A DNA stretch of 64,000 nucleotides from Occultella glacieicola (GTDB lineage: Bacteria > Actinomycetota > Actinomycetes > Actinomycetales > Beutenbergiaceae), in contig NZ_SMNA01000002.1 of NCBI RefSeq assembly GCF_004353825.1, positions 1-64,000 on the forward strand. Reading direction: 5' to 3'. Below, piece after piece: positions 1 through 9,651 of the stretch. Every line of letters starts with the position of its first letter. Position 1 is the first letter of the stretch. The notes below the pieces were generated by a model, which searched no databases, was not told the origin of the DNA, and saw only the letters and a program-made list of their open reading frames with translations. The position numbers and the translations under genes are program-made.

Positions 1-2575
1 CCCGGGACTGCTCGGCGCGGCGCCGGGCCCGCTGGGCGGCCACCTCGCGGGCGTGCCGCTCCGCCTTGGCGGCCCGCTCGAGGGACTCGGCGCGGCCGGC
101 GATCGCGCGAACCCGCTCCTCCACGGTGCGCAGCACGAGCCGGGCGTCGGTCTCCCTGGCGCGGGCGGCGGTGGCGGCCGCCGCCGTCTCGTCCCGAGCA
201 CCGGTTGCGCCCTCCAGATCGGTGGCCGCCTGGTCCGGTTCCCGCTGGGCGTGCTGGAGCCGCTCGGCGATCTCCGCCAGTTCCTCGGCGTACGTGGTCC
301 GCTTGGCCTCGGCGGCTTCGATGGCCGGCCGGATCCGTTCCGCCTCGGCGGTGGCCGCACGCAGCGTGGAGCCGTGCTGGCCGAGCTTCTCGGAGACCGC
401 GGCGAGCTGGGCGTCGGAGTCGTGCAGGGCGTTCAGGGTGTGGTCCGCCTCGGCCCTGGCGTCCGCCTGTGCCTGCGTCGCCGGACCGAGCGCGAACCGG
501 GTCTGCTCGGCCCGGGCGATCGCGGCCGTGAGCTCGGTGTGCGCCTCCTCGCGGGCGGCGTGCACCTCGAGCACGCTCGGACCGCCGGCGCTGCCGCCGC
601 GGGCGTCGGTATGGCTGAGCACGTCGCCGTCGCTGGTCACCACGACCAGTGCGGCGCCGTCGGGCTCGTCGTGGCCACCGGCGCCGGCCAGCGCGGCTCG
701 GGCCGAGCGGAGGTCATCGACCACCACGACCCCGTGCAGGAGCCGGGCGACGGTCCCGGCCATCGGCCCCTCGACCCGCACGAGTTCACTCGCCCACCGA
801 CCACCCGCGGGCGCCGGGCCCGAGGACGTCAGCGAGCCGGCGCCGTCGGGCAGGTTCGGCGCTGCCGCGATCATGAGCCGGGCCTGCCCGGCGTCCTGCT
901 CCCGGACGTGCCGGAGCGCGTCGACGGCGACGTCCACCGACTCGACGGCGGCCGCGTCGGCGAGCTGGCCGAGCGCGGCGGCGATCGCGTTCTCGAAGCC
1001 TGGTTCGACCGTGAGCAGGTCTGCGAGCGAGCCGAGCACGCCCGGCACCGGGTTCCCCTCGAGCAGCGAGCCGGTGCCGTCCTTGCGGGTCAGGGACAGG
1101 TCGAGGGCATCGCGCCGCGCGGTCCAGGTGGCGCGGGCACCCTCGGCCTCCCGCTCGGCCTCCTGCAGTTCGCGGACCTTCTCGGTGGCGACCTCGAGCG
1201 CGGCGAGCGCGGCTTCGTGGGCCTCGTCGAGGCCCTCCTCGCCCTCCTGGGCGCCGACCGCCTGCTGCTCGAGGCTCGCGAACGCCTGCTGCGCGGTCTC
1301 CGCGCGTTCGACGGCGGAGTCCAGGTTCGCGCGCAGGCGCTGCATTTCGGCCTCGGTCGCCTCGAGCCGGCTACGCCGGGCGCCGACCTGGCCGGTCAGC
1401 TGGGCGAGGCCCTCCCGGCGGTCCGCCACCCCGCGGTGCACGGCGGCGAGAGCACGTTCGGCCTCGGCGGCCTTCTCCTCGACGTGCCGGCGCTCCGTGG
1501 TCGCCGCCTCGAGGTCGGCGCGAGCCTTGCCGATCTCGGTGTCCAGGTCGGCCTCGGCCTGGCGGGCGCGGCGGGCCTGGGCGTCCAGGTCGTCGGGATC
1601 CCGGCGCTGCTGCTCGGTCTCGACCGGACCGCCGAGCAGCCGGCAGCGTTCGGCGGCGAGGGTGTGCGTGCCGCGCAACCGTTCGCGCAGGCTGGACAGC
1701 CGGTACCACTGCTCGGTGGCGTCGGACAGGTGCGGGGCCGCGGCCGCGGCGGCCGCCTCGAGGTCGGTGAGCCGGGCCCGGGCCCGCTCCTGCGCGGTCT
1801 CCACCTCGGCGCGCTTGGCCCGCAGCGCGGTCTCGTCGGCGACCTCCTGGGCGAGGGTGGAGGTGAGCTGGACGAGGTCGTCGGCGAGCAGCCGGGCGCG
1901 GGCGTCGCGCAGGTCGACCTGCACCACCTGGGCCCGTCGGGCCACGTCGGCCTGTTTCGCCAGCGGTCCGAGCTGGCGCCGGATCTCGGTGGAGAGGTCG
2001 CTGACCCGGGCGAGGTTCGCAGCCATCGCCTCGAGCTTGCGGAGCGCCTTCTCCTTGCGCTTGCGGTGCTTGAGGACCCCGGCCGCCTCCTCGATGAAGC
2101 CCCGACGGTCCTCGGGACTGGCCTGGAGCACGGAGTCGAGGCGGCCCTGCCCCACGATCACGTGCATCTCCCGGCCGAGCCCGGAGTCCGAGAGGAGGTC
2201 CTGGATGTCCAGGAGCCGGCAACCGGAGCCGTTGATGGCGTACTCGGAGCCGCCGTTGCGGAACAGCGTCCTCGAGATGGTGACCTCGGAGTACTCGATC
2301 GGCAGGGCGCCGTCGGTGTTGTCGATGGTCAGCGACACCTCGGCGCGGCCCAGCGGCGGGCGCGAGGAGGTGCCGGCGAAGATGACGTCGGCCATGTTGC
2401 CGCCGCGCAGGGTCTTCGCACCCTGCTCCCCCATCACCCAGGACAACGCATCCACCACATTCGACTTGCCCGACCCGTTCGGTCCGACCACGCAGGTGAT
2501 ACCCGGCTCGAGGTGAAGCGTGGTCGCCGACGCGAAGGACTTGAATCCTCGCAGGGTCAGCGTCTTCAGGTGCAC
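1..2575 (-). CDS. smc: Chromosome segregation protein SMC (5' part; continues beyond the window start)
   Basis: The reverse strand from GTG 2575 reads MHLKTLTLRGFKSFASATT..VVGPNGSGKSNVVDA (Walker A), then coiled coil. It is absent from the ORF track because there is no stop in the window. Confidence 0.97.
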   Translation of the reverse strand, partial: MHLKTLTLRGFKSFASATTLHLEPGITCVVGPNGSGKSNVVDALSWVMGEQGAKTLRGGNMADVIFAGTSSRPPLGRAEVSLTIDNTDGALPIEYSEVTISRTLFRNGGSEYAINGSGCRLLDIQDLLSDSGLGREMHVIVGQGRLDSVLQASPEDRRGFIEEAAGVLKHRKRKEKALRKLEAMAANLARVSDLSTEIRRQLGPLAKQADVARRAQVVQVDLRDARARLLADDLVQLTSTLAQEVADETALRAKRAEVETAQERARARLTDLEAAAAAAAPHLSDATEQWYRLSSLRERLRGTHTLAAERCRLLGGPVETEQQRRDPDDLDAQARRARQAEADLDTEIGKARADLEAATTERRHVEEKAAEAERALAAVHRGVADRREGLAQLTGQVGARRSRLEATEAEMQRLRANLDSAVERAETAQQAFASLEQQAVGAQEGEEGLDEAHEAALAALEVATEKVRELQEAEREAEGARATWTARRDALDLSLTRKDGTGSLLEGNPVPGVLGSLADLLTVEPGFENAIAAALGQLADAAAVESVDVAVDALRHVREQDAGQARLMIAAAPNLPDGAGSLTSSGPAPAGGRWASELVRVEGPMAGTVARLLHGVVVVDDLRSARAALAGAGGHDEPDGAALVVVTSDGDVLSHTDARGGSAGGPSVLEVHAAREEAHTELTAAIARAEQTRFALGPATQAQADARAEADHTLNALHDSDAQLAAVSEKLGQHGSTLRAATAEAERIRPAIEAAEAKRTTYAEELAEIAERLQHAQREPDQAATDLEGATGARDETAAAATAARARETDARLVLRTVEERVRAIAGRAESLERAAKAERHAREVAAQRARRRAEQSR

Positions 2576-2587
2576 CCCCGCAGCCTA
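2576..2587 (-). promoter_or_regulatory. -10 element TAGGCT 6 nt before the smc GTG (leaderless promoter)
   Basis: TAGGCT-GCGGGG-GTG on the minus strand, with no SD. Confidence 0.7.
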
Positions 2588-2619
2588 ACGCCGGGCCCGC
2601 GCCGGCGGAGATCCACCCC

Positions 2620-2672
2620 TAGACCTCGGGGACCCGACGCCATAGAGTCGAGTTCGTCCGGACATATGGACA
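2620..2672 (+). promoter_or_regulatory. Candidate sigmaA promoter of the ABC operon (TAGACC-17-TAGAGT) with a downstream palindrome/direct repeat GTCCGGACATATGGACA
   Basis: TAGACC at 2620-2625, TAGAGT at 2643-2648. The GTCCGGAC palindrome and repeated GGACAT lie at the predicted TSS. Confidence 0.45.
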
Positions 2673-2823
2673 TGGCACGGTCGGGGAGGACCGAGAGCAG
2701 CATGCGGCAACACGGGGGAACTCACTGGGGCGGCACCGTCATGCCGACGCGGGGGTCGGGTTCACCGCACATCATCAGCACCGCGGCGCCCGGGCGACGT
2801 GGACGATTCTCGGAGGATCGAGC

Positions 2824-4245
2824 ATGAGACGGAACTTGGCAGCGATCATCGCCGGCACGGCCGCGGCGGCCCTGGTGCTCGGCGCGTGCGGCAACGACGG
2901 TGGGTCGGACGACCCTACCGACGGCGGCGGTGACACGGGCGGCGACGGCCCAGTCACCCTGACCATCACCCTGAACGCGATCGCCGGCGGCAAGAACGCC
3001 GCCGAGGCGGACTGGATCGAGAACTGGGTGATCCCCGAGTTCGAGGCGGCCATGGCCGCCGACGGCACCGAGGTCACGGTCGAGTTCGAACCCCAGGGCG
3101 TCGACGACGAGGACTACAAGACGAAGATCTCACTCGACCTGCAGTCCGGTGGCGGCGCCGACATCATCGGCATGGACGGGATCTGGGTCGGCGAGTTCGC
3201 CGAGGCCGGGTACATCCAGCCGCTGACCGCGGTCGGCGGCGCGGCCGTGGACGACTGGGACGGCTGGGACCAGATCTCCGAGGCGGTGCAGAACGCCCTC
3301 TCCTTCAACGGCGAGCGGTACGGGATACCGCAGGGCGCGGATGGCCGGGTGCTCTACTACAACAAGGACCTGTTCGCCGCGGCCGGGCTGCCCGAGGACT
3401 GGCAGCCGACCAGCTGGGAGGAGATCCTCGAGGCCGGCCGCGCCCTGGCCGACTCCGGCGTGCCGATCCCGCTTCAGATCAACGCCGGCACGGCCATGGG
3501 CGAGGCGACCACCATGCAGGGACTGCTGCCGTTGCTCGTCGGCACCGGGGCCGAGGTGTACGCCGACGACCAGTGGATCGGTGGCACCGACGAGCTCCGC
3601 GAGGTGCTCGAGTTCTACCGCACGGTCTACGTCGACGAGCAGCTCGGTGACGCCGTGCTCCAGCAGGAGGCCTCCGGTCGGGACACCTCGTTCGCGCAGT
3701 TCGCGGCGGGCGAGATCGGGGTCCTGCTCGAGGGCGACTACTTCTGGCGTTCGGTGATCAACCCGGCCGAGGGCGTCGGCACCGCCCCGATGGAGAACCG
3801 CGACGAGGTAGTCGGCTACACGCGGATCCCGGCGACCGAGCCGGGCAGCGGCATCAACGGCCAGGACTTCGTCTCGATGTCCGGTGGGACCGGACGGGTG
3901 CTGAACCCGAACAGCGAGAACCCCGAACTCGCCTGGGAACTGCTGGCCTTCATGAACTCCCCGGAGGCCTTCGAGGCTCGGGCCGCGGGCACGCTGAACA
4001 TCACCCCACGTGACGACGTCAACGCCGAACTCCTCTCCAGCGACCCGATGCTCACCTTCGTCAGCGACGAGGTGCTGCCGATCACGGCCTACCGGCCCGG
4101 TCTGGCCGCCTACCCGGAGGTCTCGATCGCCCTGCAGGAGGCCACCGAGGCCGTCGTGGCCGGAGACCCGGTCGACGACGCCCTCACGGACTACGCGGAC
4201 GCCGTCGCGGGCATCGTCGGGGAGGAGAACGTCAACAATGACTGA
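2824..4245 (+). CDS. Carbohydrate-type (CUT1) ABC transporter substrate-binding lipoprotein
   Basis: Lipobox LGAC, LYYNKDLF motif, GGAGG SD; first gene of the ABC operon. Confidence 0.92.
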   Translation: MRRNLAAIIAGTAAAALVLGACGNDGGSDDPTDGGGDTGGDGPVTLTITLNAIAGGKNAAEADWIENWVIPEFEAAMAADGTEVTVEFEPQGVDDEDYKTKISLDLQSGGGADIIGMDGIWVGEFAEAGYIQPLTAVGGAAVDDWDGWDQISEAVQNALSFNGERYGIPQGADGRVLYYNKDLFAAAGLPEDWQPTSWEEILEAGRALADSGVPIPLQINAGTAMGEATTMQGLLPLLVGTGAEVYADDQWIGGTDELREVLEFYRTVYVDEQLGDAVLQQEASGRDTSFAQFAAGEIGVLLEGDYFWRSVINPAEGVGTAPMENRDEVVGYTRIPATEPGSGINGQDFVSMSGGTGRVLNPNSENPELAWELLAFMNSPEAFEARAAGTLNITPRDDVNAELLSSDPMLTFVSDEVLPITAYRPGLAAYPEVSIALQEATEAVVAGDPVDDALTDYADAVAGIVGEENVNND

Positions 4246-4278
4246 CGCTCACCGCCCGGCCGGCCACCGGCCCACGCG

Positions 4279-5223
4279 TTGAGCGCGACCGGCACGGCGG
4301 CGGGGCCCGGGCTCCGCCGCCAGCCGGGCCGTCGCCGTCGCGCCGACGACGTCGCCGGGCTCGGACGGGTCCGGGCCGGCCTGTTCGTCGCCCCCGCGCT
4401 CGCTCTGATCGGACTCTTCCTCGTCTTCCCGGCGGTCTGGACGATCTACCTGGGCATGACCGACTACCGGCTCACCGGCCTCGCCGCGGCGAACCCGGAG
4501 TTCGTGGGCCTGGACAACTTCGCCACCGCGCTCGGTGACGACGAGTTCTGGCACTCGCTGTGGCTGACCCTGATCTTCGTCCTCGTCTCCGGGGTGATCG
4601 GGCAGACCCTGCTCGGGTTCTCGGTGGCCTGGGCCCTGCGGCGGGTGCGTGGCTGGGTCAAGTCGGTCATCGAGACGCTGGTGCTGGCCGCGTGGGTGGT
4701 GCCGGCGTCGGTCGCCTCGTTCCTGTGGCTGGCGTTGCTCGACCGGCGCACCGGCACCCTGAACGCGTTGCTCGGCACCGAGGGCACGGCCTGGCTGATC
4801 GAGTACCCGATGGTCGCCATCATCGTGTTCAACGTGTGGGTGGGCACGGCCTTCTCGATGCTGCTGTTCTCGTCGGCGCTGGCCGCGGTGCCACCCTCGC
4901 AGTTGGAGAGCGCCCGGATGGTCGGTGCGGGCTCCTGGCAGCAGTTGCGGGACGTGGTCCTGCCGAACATCCGCGGGCACATCCTGACCAACACGCTGCT
5001 GATCACCCTGTGGACGTTCAACACGTTCACGCCCTACCTGCTCACCGCCGGCGGCCCGCGCGATGAGTCGGCGATCCTCGCCGTGTACATCTACACGACC
5101 GCGATCCCGGGCGGGCAGCTGGGCATGGGCGCCGCGATCTCCCTGATCATGCTGTTGATCAACCTGGTCATCGCGCTCGGCTACCTGCGCGTGGCCCGGG
5201 CCGCCTCGGGAGGCAGGAGATGA
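4279..5223 (+). CDS. Carbohydrate ABC transporter permease (MalF-like)
   Basis: FVGLDNF motif, EAA-like loop ESARMVGA, TM helices. The TTG start is uncertain. Confidence 0.9.
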   Translation: MSATGTAAGPGLRRQPGRRRRADDVAGLGRVRAGLFVAPALALIGLFLVFPAVWTIYLGMTDYRLTGLAAANPEFVGLDNFATALGDDEFWHSLWLTLIFVLVSGVIGQTLLGFSVAWALRRVRGWVKSVIETLVLAAWVVPASVASFLWLALLDRRTGTLNALLGTEGTAWLIEYPMVAIIVFNVWVGTAFSMLLFSSALAAVPPSQLESARMVGAGSWQQLRDVVLPNIRGHILTNTLLITLWTFNTFTPYLLTAGGPRDESAILAVYIYTTAIPGGQLGMGAAISLIMLLINLVIALGYLRVARAASGGRR

Positions 5224-6071
5224 GCGCTCCCCCGCCCTCCCTCGGCCGCCGAATGGTGCGGCACTACCTCTCCCGCGTGCTGTTCGTGGTCGCGATGGGC
5301 CTCGTGCTCGTGTTCTTCGCGCTGCCGATGCTGTGGCTGGTCACCGCCCCGTTCGACGCCGATCCGTCGCTCACGGTCGGCTGGCCGGACTGGACCCTGG
5401 CGAACTTCGCCCAACTCGCCGAGAACCGGTACGCCCTGGGATCGCTGCGGAACTCGCTGATCCTCGGCGTGGGCACGATGGTGCTGGTCCTCGCACTCGG
5501 CTCGTTGGCGGCCTATGCGCTGTCGCGGGTGCGGATCCCGGGCCGGGACGGGCTGCTGTACGCGCTGCTGCTGCTCTCCTCGATCGTGACCGGCACCGCC
5601 GCGATGGTGCCCACCTTCCAACTGATGACCCAGATCGGGCTGATCAACACCCAGATCGGGGTGATCCTGGTACTCGCCGGTGGGGTGCTGCCGACCGTCG
5701 TGTTCATCCTCAAGGACTTCATGGACTCGATCCCGAAGTCCTATGAGGAGTCCGCGCGGCTGTACGGGGCGAGCCCGCTGCAGATCCTCACGCATGTGGT
5801 CGTACCCACCGCCCGCCCGGGTCTGGCGTTCGTGGCGGTCTGGACGGTCGTGCAGGTCTGGGGCAACTTCCTGGTGCCGTTCCTGCTGCTGCGCACGCCC
5901 GAGTCCCAGCCGGCCGCGGTGCTGATGTACACGTTCTACACCGAGGGCGGCCAGCCCGATCTGCGGCTGCTCTCGGCCTTCTCACTCGTGTTCTCCGTCC
6001 CGGTGATCGCGATGTACTTCCTCGTCAACCGCCGGTACGGATTCCGGTTCCACGGAGGGATCAAGTCCTGA
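5220..6071 (+). CDS. Carbohydrate ABC transporter permease (MalG-like)
   Basis: EAA loop SYEESARLYGAS; ATGA overlap with the previous gene. Confidence 0.92.
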   Translation: MSAPPPSLGRRMVRHYLSRVLFVVAMGLVLVFFALPMLWLVTAPFDADPSLTVGWPDWTLANFAQLAENRYALGSLRNSLILGVGTMVLVLALGSLAAYALSRVRIPGRDGLLYALLLLSSIVTGTAAMVPTFQLMTQIGLINTQIGVILVLAGGVLPTVVFILKDFMDSIPKSYEESARLYGASPLQILTHVVVPTARPGLAFVAVWTVVQVWGNFLVPFLLLRTPESQPAAVLMYTFYTEGGQPDLRLLSAFSLVFSVPVIAMYFLVNRRYGFRFHGGIKS

Positions 6072-7144
6072 TGGCAGCCATCACCACCACCGCCCTGGTC
6101 AAGGAGTACCCGGGCGGGGTCCGCGGGGTCGACGGCGTCGACGTCACCGTCGCCGACGGCGAGTTCTTCGCGCTGCTCGGCCCGTCGGGCTGCGGCAAGA
6201 CCACCCTGCTCCGCTCGATCGCGGGCCTGGAGTCGATCACCGAGGGCACCCTGCAGATCGGCGACCGGGACGTCACCCACCTGGAGCCCGGCGAGCGCGG
6301 CGTGGCCATGGTGTTCCAGGACTACGCACTGTTCCCGCACATGGACGTCGCGGACAACATCGCCTACCCGCTGAAGATCAAGCGGGTCGGCAAGGGCCCA
6401 CGGCGCACGACGGCCACCGAGGTCGGCGAGGGGCTGTCGCTGCACGGGCTGATGCAACGCCGGCCGGCTCAGCTCTCGGGTGGGCAGCAGCAGCGGGTGG
6501 CGCTGGCCCGCGCCGTCGCCACCCGTCCGGAGGTGCTGCTCCTGGACGAGCCGCTGTCCAACCTGGACGCCCGGCTGCGACTCGAGGCGCGCACCTTCCT
6601 CAAGGAGCTCCAGCGCGAGCTCGGCGTCACGACCGTGTTCGTGACGCACGACCAGGCGGAGGCGCTCGCCCTGGCCGACCGGATCGCGGTCATGAAGGCC
6701 GGCCGGTTGCAGCAGGTCGGCACGCCCCGGGAGGTCTTCTCCCGCCCCGTGAACACCTTCGTGGCCGGGTTCATCGGGTCCACCCCGATGAACCTGGTCG
6801 AGGCCGAGACGGCCGACGGCGGGGTCCGGGTCGCGGGGGCCATCGCGCCGTTGCCCGTGGGTGCGCAGGGCGCGGTCGCCGACGGCGCGCCGGTGGTCTG
6901 GGGCGCCCGCCCGGAGTACCTGCGCTGGTCGACCGAGCCGGTGGACGGCGGGATCGAGGCCGAGGTGAGTGTCATCGAGAACCTCGGGGCGTCCGTGCTG
7001 GTCTCGGCGCACAGCGGCGAGGTCCGGCTGCAGCTGGTTGTGGCCGAGGACGACGAACCCAGCCCGGGCGACCGTGGCTGGGTGGTCGCCACCCCTCGCC
7101 GTAGCCTGCTGTTCGACTCCGAGTCCACCGACCTGATCGGCTGA
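6071..7144 (+). CDS. ABC transporter ATP-binding protein (MalK/UgpC-like)
   Basis: GPSGCGKT, LSGGQQQR, LLLDEPLSNLD, plus a TOBE-like C-terminus. Confidence 0.95.
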   Translation: MAAITTTALVKEYPGGVRGVDGVDVTVADGEFFALLGPSGCGKTTLLRSIAGLESITEGTLQIGDRDVTHLEPGERGVAMVFQDYALFPHMDVADNIAYPLKIKRVGKGPRRTTATEVGEGLSLHGLMQRRPAQLSGGQQQRVALARAVATRPEVLLLDEPLSNLDARLRLEARTFLKELQRELGVTTVFVTHDQAEALALADRIAVMKAGRLQQVGTPREVFSRPVNTFVAGFIGSTPMNLVEAETADGGVRVAGAIAPLPVGAQGAVADGAPVVWGARPEYLRWSTEPVDGGIEAEVSVIENLGASVLVSAHSGEVRLQLVVAEDDEPSPGDRGWVVATPRRSLLFDSESTDLIG

Positions 7145-7147
7145 GCC

Positions 7148-8389
7148 TTGACGACCACGCACCGCCTGCACCTGACCATCGACGACCAGATCGCCGGCCG
7201 TTACCACCCGGTCGCCTTCGAGGTGGCGCCGGGGACGGAGTCGGTGGAGGTCCGCCTGGACTACGACACCTCCGCCGGCGTCCTGGACCTCGGCTGTGAG
7301 GGTGCGTCCGGGTGGCGCGGCTGGTCCGGCGGGGCCCGGAGCCGGTTCGTGATCGCACCGACAGCGGCCACCCCCGGGTACCTGCCCGGCGAGCTCGAGC
7401 CCGGCGAATGGCACGTGATCCTCGGCCTGCACCAACTGCCCGCCACGGGTCTCGACGTCGTCCTCGAGATCGACATCCCGGCGACCGGCGCCGTCGAGAC
7501 CGAGCCGCGTGCCGCCGTCGGGCAGGGCGCCCCACGCGGGTCCACCCGCGACCTGCCCGCACCGGACGGGCTGACCTGGTTCGCCGGCGACTTCCACGCC
7601 CACACCCTGCACTCCGACGGCGCGGAGAGCATCGACCAGCTGGGCGCCCGGGCCGCCGCCGCCGGCCTGGACTTCCTCGCCGTCACCGACCACAACACGG
7701 TCAGCCACCACGCGCACCTGCCCGGCGTCGGCACCCGGCACGGCGTGACCCTGCTCCCGGGCCAGGAGGTCACCACCGCCCGCGGGCACGCGAACGCGTT
7801 CGGGGACATCGGCTGGATCGACTTCCGCGGGAGCGCGCAACGGTGGGTCGAGACGGTCGCCGCCCGCGGCGGGGTGCTCTCGGTGAACCACCCCGTCGAC
7901 GGCGACTGTGCCTGGCAGCACCCGTTGACCACGTTGCCGAGTGCCCTGGAGCTGTGGCACATCTCCTGGTTCCGGGATCTGACCGCCTCGTTCCCCTGGG
8001 CGTTCTGGGCGCGCTGGGGTGATGTGGTCCCGATCGGAGGTTCGGACTTCCACAAGCCCGGCCAGGGCTGGACCCTCGGCACCCCGACCACCTGGGTGGC
8101 CGCGCAGGAGAACACGCCGGAGGCCATCCTCGCCGGCGTCCAGGCGGGCCGCACCTCCATCAGCGTCGGGGTGCGCCCGGACGCCACGCCCGACCCCCTG
8201 CACACCCCGATGCTGCTGCGCCTGGGCGATGACCTGGTCGCGCTGGCGGCCGAGGGTGCGGTGCTCGTGGACATCGAAGGCGCCCGACGGCGGATCACCG
8301 GTCCGTCGGTCACGGTCGCCTCGGCCTCGGGCGCCGGCCCGTACCGGCTCGAGGACCCCGACCGGCGGGTGCTGGCGATCTGCGCCTGA
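7148..8389 (+). CDS. CehA/McbA-family PHP-domain metallohydrolase
   Basis: PHP motifs GDFHAHTLHSDG, VTDHN, GQEVT..GH, NHP, GGSDFH. Confidence 0.85.
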   Translation: MTTTHRLHLTIDDQIAGRYHPVAFEVAPGTESVEVRLDYDTSAGVLDLGCEGASGWRGWSGGARSRFVIAPTAATPGYLPGELEPGEWHVILGLHQLPATGLDVVLEIDIPATGAVETEPRAAVGQGAPRGSTRDLPAPDGLTWFAGDFHAHTLHSDGAESIDQLGARAAAAGLDFLAVTDHNTVSHHAHLPGVGTRHGVTLLPGQEVTTARGHANAFGDIGWIDFRGSAQRWVETVAARGGVLSVNHPVDGDCAWQHPLTTLPSALELWHISWFRDLTASFPWAFWARWGDVVPIGGSDFHKPGQGWTLGTPTTWVAAQENTPEAILAGVQAGRTSISVGVRPDATPDPLHTPMLLRLGDDLVALAAEGAVLVDIEGARRRITGPSVTVASASGAGPYRLEDPDRRVLAICA

Positions 8390-8396
8390 GCGTCGC

Positions 8397-9503
8397 TCAG
8401 ATCGTCGTGGACGCGCGCACCCGGAGCGTCGGCAGCAGCACCTGACGGCGCGGGCTCAGGGCCTGCGCGGCCGGTGCGTCCAGCTCCGCGAACCGGTCGG
8501 CGCACATGCGCACGGCGAGACGCCCGAGATCGCGCTTGGGCGGCGCGACGGCCGTGAGCGGCACCGTGGCGTCCGCGGCGCGCTCGTCGTCGTAGGCGAC
8601 GATCGCGAGGTCCTCCGGGACCCGGAGTCCCACCGCAGGCGCGGCGTCGGCGAGGTCGACGGCTTCGTGGTCGGAGAGCACCACCACGGCGCTCTCGCCG
8701 GCCGCACCAACCGAGTCCAGGACCTCACGCAGACTCCGGGTGTACTCCTCGCCGGTGCCCGGGCCGACGGTGTGCTCGAACGTCTGGACCGAAGGCCCCG
8801 CCTCGTCGCGGGCGAGCGCCATCCCGGCCCGCAGCCACGGTCCGGTGGGATTGCGCGGGCGCATGACGAGCCCGATCCGGCGATGTCCGAGGGTGATGAG
8901 GTGGCGCATGGCCGTGGCCATCCCGAGCGCATGGTCGGTGTGCACGGACTCGATGCCGGAGAACGGATCGGGCACCTCGCGCTCGACCAGCACCACCGGC
9001 ATCCGGGCGTCGGCGAGCAGGCGGTAGATGCGGGCGTCGGCGGACTGCGTCCGGGCCGGCGTGACGAGCAGCGCGTCCACGCCGCGCGCGAGCATCCGCT
9101 CGACCAGGGTCACCTCGTCCTCGCGGGAGTAGTCGGACACCCCGAGCAGCAGCCGGAGCCCGAGCCGGTCGGCCTCGTCGTGGGCGCCGTCCACGACGGC
9201 GCGGTAGTAGTAATCCCGCGCAGGCACGACGATCCCGACCAGGGCACCCTCGCCGTCGTGAGCCGTCTCGCGAGGACTGCGAGCCCTGCGAGCACGCGAC
9301 CGCTCCGGGGCCGCGCCGGCCGGCTCCCGGACCGCACCACCGCGCACCCGCCGCGACGGCGGCGAGGAGGCGACCACCGACGCCAGGTCGCGCCGGATCG
9401 TGATCACGCTGACGTCGAACCGCTCGGCGAGCTCGCGGACCTCCACGGCGCCGCTGGCCCGGAGCTCCGCAGCGATGCGGGCGCGGCGTTCCTCGGTGAG
9501 CAC
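8397..9503 (-). CDS. Transcriptional regulator: DeoR-type HTH fused to a LacI-type sugar-binding domain
   Basis: N-terminal ERRARI..ELAERFDVSVITIRRDL; C-terminal GHRRIG, GLRVPEDLAIVAYDD, PLTAV. Start placed at GTG 9503. Confidence 0.88.
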   Translation of the reverse strand: MLTEERRARIAAELRASGAVEVRELAERFDVSVITIRRDLASVVASSPPSRRVRGGAVREPAGAAPERSRARRARSPRETAHDGEGALVGIVVPARDYYYRAVVDGAHDEADRLGLRLLLGVSDYSREDEVTLVERMLARGVDALLVTPARTQSADARIYRLLADARMPVVLVEREVPDPFSGIESVHTDHALGMATAMRHLITLGHRRIGLVMRPRNPTGPWLRAGMALARDEAGPSVQTFEHTVGPGTGEEYTRSLREVLDSVGAAGESAVVVLSDHEAVDLADAAPAVGLRVPEDLAIVAYDDERAADATVPLTAVAPPKRDLGRLAVRMCADRFAELDAPAAQALSPRRQVLLPTLRVRASTTI

Positions 9504-9651
9504 CCCACAGGAATAGCGGGTCGGGGGCGCCATCGCAACGTGACCGGTTCTGATCGTTTCTCCGCCACGGCTGGACCGGGCCGATCACGTGGCGCAACGC
9601 TGAGCGCCGATCGATGTAACGACGCATCGGCTGAGGCAACGGAGGCTTCGA

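Noticed and set aside
53..2827. 924-aa and 816-aa plus-strand ORFs
   Set aside because: They are antisense shadows of smc. High GC suppresses stop codons and the translations have no protein motifs.
2666..2827. Possible upstream ORF (from ATG 2666 or 2702) ending in ATGA on the binding-protein start
   Set aside because: Codon usage is weak, and the TGA follows automatically from the ATG-AGA start. The downstream gene has its own SD.
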